Shown here: in pieces, positions 27,050-37,500 of the stretch | Layout of the letters: each line of letters opens with the position of its first letter | How positions within the stretch are numbered: position 1 is the stretch's first letter | Assembly (NCBI RefSeq): GCF_902713615.1 | Contig: NC_052166.1 | Coordinates: 5,596,711 to 5,660,710 of the forward strand | Direction of reading: 5' to 3' | Source: Scyliorhinus canicula | Taxonomy: Eukaryota | Length of the DNA stretch: 64,000 nt | Translations under genes and position numbers: made by a program | Notes under the pieces: model-generated | Databases searched by the model: none | What the model was told of the DNA's origin: nothing | The model's input: the letters and a program-made list of their open reading frames with translations, nothing else

Positions 27050-27305
27050 CGCAATTGGACTCTAGCTGCCCCTTGGGGTTCGAGATGTTGCAATTGGACT
27101 CTAGGTGCTCCTTGGGGCTTGAGATGTTGTAATTGGACTCTAGCTGCTCCTTGGGGCTTGAGATGTTTCAATTGGACTCTAGCTGCTCCTTGGGGCTTGA
27201 GATGTTTCAATTGGACTCTAGCTATCCCTTGGGGTTTGAGGTGTCGGAATTGGACTCTACCTGCGCCTTGGGGTTTGAGATGTTGCAATTGAACTCTAGC
27301 TGTCC
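27050..27305. repeat. 39-bp tandem repeat in ATP6AP1 3'UTR
   Basis: CAATTGGACTCTAGCTGCTCCTTGGGGCTTGAGATGTTG, about 6.5 units. Confidence 0.92.
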
Positions 27306-28412
27306 TTCAATCCTGCCAAGTGAGGAATTGGAACGCATTAAAGTTGGGAACACGTTTTAGAAACACCAAGGTACATCATCGTCATGCTCCCTCCGACCCC
27401 TGTGCTCCCTCGTCCCTTCAGCAGAGAGACAGTTGATGTCAGCAGGAGGCTGTTCTGCCACTCAGCGAGGCTGCTGCTGGCCTGATAGAATTGGGAAGAT
27501 GCTTTAAGTGAGCTCGACCGGACTTCAGAGTTCACCCCTCGACAAACAATCCTCTGCTCCATGCCTCCCTCGATGAAATGGTTGGCACAGACCCAAGGCA
27601 ACACTGAGACTACTGTCTCCTCCCAGGGGGACCAGGGCTTAACCTCTCAGGGCGGGCCATTACAACAAGAGCCATCAACCTGAAAAAACAGGACCTGCTC
27701 AATTGCTGAGGGACCTCGAAAATGGGGCGGTTGGCCCCACCTCCAGAAGCCAGTCAGCTGGAGTTCAATTGCAGGAACCTCAAACCCAGGGGACAGCTAG
27801 AGTTCAATTGCTCCGATCACCACCACCCTCTTCAGGGCTGTGATCCCAAACAACTGCTCCTCACTGTTCCACTGTCTGATTTCCCATCAGACAGGAGTGC
27901 ATCGTATGTTTCTATCTCCAGCTTGCTGTCCGTACACTGGGTGGGAGGGAGTGAGTGGCCATTCGGTCAATAGAATTGTGTTTCAGATATTGTAATATTT
28001 AATGAATGTGTATATTTTGTTGGCACTTTTTAATGTGTGCTTTGAGAAAGAAAGGCCAAGTTGTGAACTCTTCCAGCCGGTCTGTTGGAGGGATATTCTG
28101 TAAATTGTTGGAAGGGGTGAGAGGTGAGTGCCATATAGCGGGGTCTGAGCGATGGGAGCCCGGGTCTGCGTATGACCCTCCGAGGGGCATGTTCTTTTGC
28201 TGAGGTGCTGCATTCCCAACTTTGCTTATGTGTTGGCCAGCATTGGTTTTGTGTTTTGTTTTGAAGTGTTAATAGGTACCTGTTGCTTTATAAACTCTCT
28301 GTAAAAACTCAATGAACCAGTAAATATTGGCCGTCCTCTCTCCCCAAGAGTAAATGAGCCTGGTGTTTTATTTTGTGTTTGTGCTTAATTCTGAAATCGC
28401 TGTTCATTGCAC

Positions 28413-29660
28413 ACACTGTCCCCATCAAACACTCCCAGGACAGGTACAGCACGGGGTTAGATACAGAGTAAAGCTCCCTCTACACTGTCCCCATCAAACA
28501 CTCCCAGGACAGGTACAGCACGGGGCTAAACACAGAGTAAAGCCCCCTCTACACTGTCCCCAGCAAACACTCCCAGGGCAGGTATAGCACGGGGTTAGGT
28601 ACAGAGTAAAGCCCCCTCTACACTGTCCCCATCAAATACTCCCAGGGCAGGTACAGCACAGGGTTAGATACAGAGTAAAGCTCCCTCTGCACTGTCCCCA
28701 TCAAACACTCCCAGGACAGGTACAGCACGGGGTTAGATACAGAGTAAAGCTCCCTCTACACTGTCCCCATCAAACACTCCCAGGACAGGTACAGCACGGG
28801 GTTAGATACAGAGTAAAGCTCCCCCGACACTGTCCCCATCAAACACTCCCAGGACAGGTACAGCACGGGGCTAAATACAGAGTAAAGCCCCCTCTACACT
28901 GTCCCCATCAAACACTCCCAGGACAGGTACAGCACGGGGTTGGATACTGTTATGGGCCAGGGTTTAGAGAACCCCAAAGTGCATCATGGGGTTCACCTGA
29001 CCCACAACTTTTACTAGATTGTGGTATGGGGAGCACACGGCCCACTCTACAGGTGTGGTACAGCAGAAATGGAAAAGTATTTTTTAAAGCAAAACAATGT
29101 TTATTCTATGAACTCAAATTAACCTTTTTAAAACATACAGTGAACATCTTAGCAACCATTAATTCAAATACAACCCCCAAAGATTTCTTCACCAAGTAAC
29201 CCTGTATACTGTCCTTGTAACATACTAAATACATAACAAATCTTCAAACAGGTTTACGTTCAATGATGAGACCTTTTACAATTCTGATTTCACCAAATGA
29301 TCCATAGATAGTCTTTTGATGGCAGCGACCAGCATTGCAGCTCTTTGTTTAAACTTCAGATGCAGCTCACAAAAACACAGGCACACCCAAGATTTTTCTC
29401 AAACTGAAACTAAAAAGCAGAAGTAAAGCTCAGCTCCACCCACATGCTAACATCACCCCAGTAACATGAGCAGCTGCATTTCTTAAAGGTACATTTCTTA
29501 TAAACCGATTTCTTAAAGGTACCCTCACATGACAATACAGAGTAAAGCTCCCTCTACGCTGTCCCCATCAAACACTCCCAGGACAGGTACAGCACAGGGT
29601 TAGATACGGAGTAAAGCTCCCTCTACACTGTCCCCATCAAACCCTCCTAGGACAGGGACA
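28413..29660. repeat. 69-bp minisatellite downstream of ATP6AP1, split by a solo LTR
   Basis: same unit as 13551-13993. Confidence 0.93.
28948..29534 (-). mobile_element. solo LTR (587 bp)
   Basis: TGTTAT..ATGACA inverted ends; 4-bp TSD ATAC; AATAAA on minus. Confidence 0.88.
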
Positions 29661-30339
29661 GCTCTGTGCTGATGTATCGCTCACGCCCTACTCCAATTCC
29701 CCCATATCCTTCTGTTCAGTTCTCCTTTGTGTCTATCCCCCTTTGGGGAACGAGTCCCTCCTGTACTCTTCTCTTTTCTTTCCCCCACCCCCCAATCCCG
29801 CTCCCACACCGTGATTGGATTCATTTGTGACCGTATTGATGACTCCCTAGTTCAGAACTCCGGCACCTTCACACAAGAAAACGTCCCTATACAGACCCTA
29901 TCGCTCCTCCAACGGTGCAGTGCCCCCTCAGCACGGACCTTCGGTCGAAGTACTCCTTCAGTGCAGACCCTCCAATGGTGTGCTTCCTCAGCACGGACCC
30001 TCGGGCGAGGCACTCCTTCAGTGCCGACCCTCCAATGGTGTGGAGCTTCCTCAGCACGGACCCTCGGGCGAAGCACTCCTTCAGTGCGGACCCTCCAATG
30101 GTGTGGAGCTTCCTCAGCACGGACCCTCGGGAGAAGCACTCCTTCAGTGCCGACCCTCCAATGGTGTGCTTCCTCAACACGGACTCTGGGGATATTGGTT
30201 TTGGTTTCGAAGGCCTGAGTCACCAGTTTGGGGGCTAAAGCCCTCGATGCTCAATCTGAGGCCGGTCACATTCTGGGTATAACATTCGAGCAGACACAAA
30301 ATCCCCCAAGATCGCCCTGGACAAATATGGAGTGGTGAG

Positions 30340-30965
30340 CATAAGACGTAGGAGCAGAATTAGGCCACTTGGCCCATCGCATCTGCTCCGCCATTCACTC
30401 ATGGCTGATATGTTTCTCATCCTCATTCTCCTGCCTTCTCCCCATAACCCCTGATCCCCTTATTGATCAGAAATCTATCTATCTCTGTCTCGAAGACACT
30501 CAATGATTTGGCCTCCGCAGCCTTCTGCGGCAAAGAGTTCCACAGATTCACCCCCCCCCCCCCCCCCCCCCCCTCGAAAGGGTCGTCCCTTTGGTCTGAG
30601 ATGGTGTCCTCTGCTTCCAGTTTTTCCTACAAGTGGGAACATCCTCTCCACGTCCACTCTATCCAGGCCTCGCAGTATCCTGTAAGTTTCAATAAGATCC
30701 CCCCTCCTCCTTCTAAACTCCCAACAAGTACAGACCCAGAATGTTCACCGTTCCTCATACGACAAGCTCTTCATTCCAGGGATCATTCTTGTGAACCTCC
30801 TCTGGACCCTTTCCAAGGCCAGCACATCCTTCCTTAGATACGGGGTCCAAAACTGCTCACAATACTCCAAATGGGGTCTGACCAGAGCCGTCTACAGCCT
30901 CAGAAGTACATCCCTGGTCTTGTATTCTAGCCCTCTCGACATGAATGCAAACATTGCAATTGCCT
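30340..30965 (-). mobile_element. CR1-type LINE 3' fragment
   Basis: similar to 22585-23230. Confidence 0.88.
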
Positions 30966-31453
30966 TCACTGTTACCTTTTCTGCCTATTTTGGGATGGTG
31001 CCAGGGGTTAATTGCAACACCTAATCATGAAGAGAAAACTGAACCGCTGACAGATTTTATCAGTGGTTGACAGAGGCACACAGTGACACAGACAAAACCA
31101 GTTCTGGAGTTCACTGCTGACACTGCAAACAGCACTCAATGGCTGATTGCTGGACAATAGACTGCGGGGCATGTTCCTGCTCGCTATCTCCTGCAACCTC
31201 TACTCAGTGTGGACCACCAACCAGGTCTCTGTAAGTTCAAACACTGCCTTCGCAGGCTCCATCAGCTCACATTCTCTCTCTCTCACACTCTCGCACCCAC
31301 TCCTCACTCTCTTTCACACACACACTCACTTGCACTCATTCTCACTACCTCCCACTCTTGCAACCTCTCACGCTTACTCATGCACGCACTGTCTCGCACT
31401 CACAAACGCGCTCTTTCACGCTCTCACTCGCTTGTTTAGTCACAGCTCCAGAC

Positions 31454-31579
31454 ATGCGATGGTTCCTCTTTCTATGCACCCTGGCAAGTTCTCGCTGCTT
31501 CCGTATCTGCTCCTTCAATATCCAGTGCTTTGGAGAGTCGAAAGGAGCCAAGCCGGTGGTCATGGAAATTATTACCAAG
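31454..31579 (+). CDS. DNASE1L1: DNASE1L1 coding exon 1
   Basis: signal peptide [15 protein letters not shown] + [19 protein letters not shown] |gtacgt. Confidence 0.9.
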
Positions 31580-34500
31580 GTACGTGGTCGGTCAACCTGG
31601 CCGAAGCCCAGGAGGGTTGGTGCTAAGGGAGCGGTGCGCAGTCGGTGGGTCAGTGCTGGGGAAGCAATGCGCAGTCGGTGGGTCAATGCTGAGGGACTGT
31701 CGCGCAGTTGGAGGGTCAGTGTCGAGGGAACAGTGCACAGTCGGCTGGTCGGTGCTGAGGGAGCGCCGCACTGTCGGAAGGTCAGTGGTTAGGGAGTGCC
31801 GTGCGGCTGAAGGGTCAGTGCCGAGGGAGCGTCGTGCGGTCGGAGGGTCAGTGCTGAGGGAGCGCCGCACTGACGGAGGATCAGTGCTGAGGGAACGGTG
31901 CACTGTCGGAGGGTCAGTGCTGGGGGAGCGCCGCACTGTCGGAGAGTCAGTGCTGAGGGAGCGCCACACTGTTGGAGGGTCAGTGCTGAGGGAGCACCTC
32001 ACTGTCGGAGAGTCAGTGCTGGGGGAGCGCCGCACTGTCGGAGGGTCAGTGCTGGGGGAGCGCCGTGCGGTCGGAGGGTCAGTGCTGAGGGAGCGCCGCA
32101 CCGTCGGAGGGTCAGTGCTGGGGGAGCGCCGTGCGGTCGGAGGGTCAGTGCTGGGGGAGTGCCGCACTGTCGGAGGGTCAGTGCTGGGGGAGTGCCGTGC
32201 TGTTAGAGAGCCAGTGCTGGGGGAGCGTCGCACTGTCGGAGAGTCAGTGCTGAGGGAGTGCCGCACTGTCAGAGAGTCAGTGCTGGGGGAGCGCCGCACT
32301 GTCGGAGAGTCAGTGCTGAGGGAGCGCCGCACTATCAGAGTCAGGGCTGGGGAAGCGCCGCACTGTCGGAGAGTCAGTGCTGAGGGAGTGCCGCACTGTC
32401 GGAGAGTCAGTGCTGAGGGAGTGCCGCACTGTCGGAGGGTCAGTGCTCGCGGAGTGCCGTGCTGTCAGAGTCAGTGCTGGGGGAGTGCCGCACTGTCGGA
32501 GAGTCAGTGCTGGGGGAGTGCCGCACTGTCGGAGGGTCAGTGCTGGGGGAGCGCCGCACTGTCGGAGAGTTAGTGCTGAGGGAGCGCCATGCTGTCAGAG
32601 TCAGTGCTGGGGGAGCGCCGCCCTGTCAGAGGGTCAGTGCTGAGGGAGCGCCGTGCGGACGGAGGGTCAGTGCTGAGGGAGTGCCGCACTGTCGGAGGGT
32701 CAGTGCTGAGAGAACGCTGTGCTGTCAGAGTCAGTGCTGGGGGAGTGCCGCACTGTCGGAGGGTCAGTGCTGGGGGAGTGCCGTGCTGTTAGAGTCAGTG
32801 CTGGGGGAGTGCCGCGCGGTCAGAGGGTCAGTGCTGGGGGAGCGCCGCACTGTCGGAGGGTCAGTGCTGGGGGAGTGCCGCACTGTCGGAGGGTCAGTGC
32901 TGGGGGAGTGCCGTGCTGTTAGAGTCAGTGCTGGGGGAGTGCCGCGCGGTCAGAGGGTCAGTGCTGGGGGAGTGCCGCACTGTCGGAGGGTCAGTGCTGG
33001 GGGAGTGCCGTGCTGTTAGAGTCAGTGCTGGGGGAGTGCCGCGCGGTCAGAGGGTCAGTGCTGGGGGAGCGCCGTGCTGTCAGAGTCAGTACAGGGGGAG
33101 TGCCGCACTGTCGGAGGGTCAGTGCTGGGGGAGCGCCGTGCGGTCGGAGGGTCAGTGCTGGGGGAGCGCCGTGCGGTCGGTGGGTCAGTGTCGAGTGCCA
33201 TGGGGTCAGGGAAAAATAGGAAGTTGAAACCGTGCTGAAAGTTAATCTTTAATATATAAAACAATTAAGTTGAAAATGCAATATGGGCTCAAAAATAGGA
33301 GCAGCTAGCTAAACCTCGTAAAAACAGGAACAGAATAGAATCAGAATTAATGAGTTAAATATGAATATACACCAGTTACAACAACTAATGACGTTACAGC
33401 ACTTACTGATGACATCAGTAATGAATTTAAATAAAAAGATGCCTAATAATAACACTAACATTTTGCCGACCTTGGGTTTTACTCCCCTTTTAAGACAGAA
33501 ATATAATGAAATTACCTTCAGCTGGTGGGGTTCCCAGGTATCTGTGCTGCTTTTGTCCTTCGAGATGCTAGTGGTCGTGGGTTTGGAAGGTGGTGCCTCA
33601 GGAACCTTGGTGAGTTCCTGCAGTGCATCTTGTAGATGATGCACACGGCTGCCTCTGTGCGTCGGTGGGTGGAGGGTTTGAATGTTTGCGGAAGGGGGAG
33701 CAATCAAGCGGGGCTGCTTTGTCCTGGATGGTGTCGAGCTTCTCGAGTGTTGTTGAAGCTGGCCTCATTCCATTACACTCCTGACTTGTGCCAACTAAAC
33801 CTGCGGGCGCAGGAGTAAGTTGCATATCTGTGCATGAGTGTCCGTCTCCTGAAGTAGAGCCCACTGACGTCCTGGGACAGCAGGAGCCACGTCTTGCTGA
33901 ATTTACACAGCCACCTCCTTCTCTGGTGTAATCTGGAACTGAGAGTTATGATGCAGACAAATAAGATCTTGGTACCCGCCACCAACTCTTCCATTGTTCA
34001 ATTTCACTGCCAAAGATACTGGACCACTTTGGTTCAGAATAACTCCAGGCAGCCAATTTGAATAATAACTTTTATTGTCACAAGTAGGCTTACATGAAGT
34101 TACTGTGAACAGCCCCGAGTCGCCACATCCTGGCGATTTCTTTGTGCATAAGTAGGTACGGTGGAGCAAACACAGTACTGCAAGTAATGTATGAATTTCT
34201 GATGTTTTGAATTGTATATTTTTGGCACAGTAAGGGTTAACAGCCTGGACTGGTCTGTGCATCAGTGTTTTTAAAATTCCTGGTTTGCCAGGCAGCTCGG
34301 CCTTTTTGGAGACCGAGGTGCAATTAAAGCATCGTAAAAGTTTGGTCGAATGGGCCTTTGGTTAGCTTGTTGCTGCCCTCCTGTTGGTGTCAACTGACAA
34401 AACGGACAAATCAGTACTCACAACGGCTTGATTTTAATGCAACTTTTGTTTAACTCTCTTCTTATTTGAACAGTTACATAAGTTTCGAGACTCACAACTT

Positions 34501-37500
34501 GATCTAAAAAAAATACTACCAGGTGGAGAGAGCCTGGCCAAACTCGCTCTGGAGGGTGTGCATTGTGATCTTCCAAACTTGGAGTCCTTTCTTGCGAGTG
34601 TTGATCGCCGGGTTATCGCTGTTGAAATCTCAGAAGTCCCTCCCATTTTATAAGGTTTTAGTTCCTGAGTGCTAACTATATTTAAAAGTGGATTGGGGTC
34701 AGAGATGGTTCTGTTGTTTTAGCGGAAGTAAAGATAGCAGTTACGGGTTTTTGTAACTGTATTGATTTGCTTTGTTTATGGTGTAATCGTAAACCATTTT
34801 CTGCCGATATTAAATACATTTTAATACTGTGTTAGTAAAAATGTTCTTTATAGTTCATTCATATAAACAATCATGTGGCCCACAGGCCTTATTCGTCCAG
34901 AGAGACCCTTGTTCTCACTGTTCCAAAACAAAGTATTATCAGCAAAACGTCCTGTCGCAAGCCATCGTTCTGTCTGATCTCACCAAATTCATTCTGCAGA
35001 GGGTTGCAGTTTTTTCAAATCTATTGGCCTCTTTTACCATCATCCCCCAGGGCACAATATTAGCCATCTTTCCTACTCAGCAAGATTAAGAGGGTCCCCT
35101 GTGGAGTAGTTAATTAGAGACATTGTGTTCAGTTTAGTAAGATGCTGTAGTTAATGGGAGGAGGCAGGGCCTGAAGCAGGTCAGGTGTTCAGTTTAGTTT
35201 TAGATTGGGATGTACACAGAAATCAAAGCAGTTTCTATCCAAACCGTTCAGTTTTAGTTTGTGGACGGAAGGTGAGCTGAGAAGGTTTTCTGCAGAAATA
35301 CAGACAGCGATTCTGCATTATTCTGACAGGGGTGGGGGTGGGGGGGGGGGCATGTCTACTTCTTTAAAACGATCTCAAAACATCTCTCATTCTCAAAGTG
35401 TAGTATCCGAGAGATCGCTGTGTAGCGAGTATTCCTGAGTGCTAACTATATTTAAAAGTGGATTGGGGTCAGAGGTGGTTCTGTTGTTTTAGCGGAAGTA
35501 AAGATAGCAATTAAGGGTTTTTGTAACTGTATTGATTTGCTTTGTTTATGGTGTAATCGTAAACCATTTTCTGCTGATATTAAATATATTTTAATACTGT
35601 GTTAGTAAAAATGTACTTGCCCCGTTTCAGACTCAATCCCGGATCGGAAAATCTCAATCCAGGGTGCTGAGGTGCTCCGCCTCAGTCTTTCCCGAAATTG
35701 ATATTTCATCCAAGTTGACGGTAATCTGAGGAAAGCTTCATAATCGGTCATCCTTTGGAAGATCGTCGGACTGGAGGATAAGACCATAAGACATGGGAGC
35801 AGAATTAGGCCACTCGGCCCATCGAGTCTACTCCTTCAATCATGGATGATATTTTCTCATCCCCATTCTCCTGCCTTCTCCTCATAACCCCTGATCCCCT
35901 TATTAATCAAGAACCTATCTATCTCTGTCTTAAAGACACTCAGTGGGGCAGCACGGTGGCGCAGTTGCCTCACGGTGCCGAGGTCCCAGGTTCGATCCCG
36001 GCTTGGGTCACTGTTCCTGTGAAGTTTGCACAGTCTCCCTGTGTCTGCGTGGGTTTCACCCCCACAACCCAAAAAGATGTGCAGGGTAGGTGGATTGGCC
36101 ACGCTAAATTGCCCCTTCATTGGAAAAAAATGAATTGGAAACTCTACATTTATTTTTTAAAAAGAGACTCAGTGAATTGGCCTCCACAGCCTTCTGCGGC
36201 AAAGTGTTCCACAGATTCACCACCCTCTGGCTGAAGAAATTCCTCCTCATCTCTGTTTTTCTTGGTTTCTACAAATATATAAAACAAAAAACAAAAAAGA
36301 GTGGTCCTTTAGTTTAGAGGATGAGAAGGGAGATTTAATTTTAAAAAAAAATAAATTTAGATTACCCAATTATTTTTTCCAATTAAGGGGCAATTTAGCA
36401 TGGCCAATCCACCTACTGTGCACATTTTTGGGTTGTGGGGGCGAAACCCGCGCAGACACGCGGAGAATGTGCAAACTCCACACGGACAGTGACCCAGAGC
36501 CGGGATCGAACCTGGGACCTCAGCGCCGTGAGGCGGTTGTGCTAACCACTAGGCCACCGTGCTGCCCTGAAGGGAGATTTAATAATGGGAGATGAGGAAA
36601 TGGCTGAGGAACTGAACAAGTTTTTTGGGTCAGTCTTCACAGTGGAAGACACAAATAACATGCCAGCGACTGATAGAAATGAGGCGATGACAGGTGAGGA
36701 CCTTGAGAGGATTGTTATCACTAAGGAGATAGTGATGGCAGGCTAATGGGGCTAAAGGTAGACAAGTCTCCTGGCCCTGATGGAATGCATCCCAGAGTGC
36801 TAAAAGAGATGGCTAGGGAAATTGCAAATGCACTAGTGATAATTTACCAAAATTCACGAGACTCTGGGGTGGTCCCGGCGGATTGGAAATGAGCAAACGT
36901 GACACCACTGTTTAAAAAAGGAGGTAGGCAGAAAGCGGGTAATTATAGGCCAGTGAGCTTAACTTCGGTAGCAGGGAAAATGCTGGAATCTATCATCAAG
37001 GAAGAAATAGCGAGGCATCTGGATAGAAATTGTCCCATTGGGCAGACGCAGCATGGGTTCATAAAGGGCAGGTCATGCCTAACAAAGTTAGTGGAATTTT
37101 TTGAGGACATTACCAGAGCGGTAGATAATGGGGAGCCAATGGATGTGGTATATCTGGATTTCCAGAAAGCCTTTGACAAGGTGCCACAAAAGGTTGCTGC
37201 ATAAGATAAAGATACATGGCATTAAGGGTAAATTAGTAGCATGGATAGAGGATTGGTTAATTAATACAAAAAGCAAAGAGTGGGGATTAATGGGTGTTGC
37301 TCTGGTTGGCAATCAGTAGCTCGTGGTGTCCCTCAGGGATCAGTGTTGGGCCCACAATTGTTCACAATTTACATAGATGATTTGGAGTTGGGGACCAAGG
37401 GCAATGTGTCCAAGTTTGCAGATGACACTAAGATGAGTGGCAAAGCGAAAAGTGCAGAGGATACCGGAAGTCTGCAGAGGGATTTGGATAGGTTAAGTGA

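Noticed and set aside
26660-27292. 210-aa ORF after the ATP6AP1 stop
   Set aside because: Lies in the 3'UTR, starts at a non-ATG codon, and is extended by the 39-bp repeat; no recognisable domain.
31530-33227. 347-aa and other ORFs with [11 protein letters not shown] repeats
   Set aside because: Translation of the 33-bp minisatellite inside an intron; the same applies at 10067-10574 and 58201-58786.
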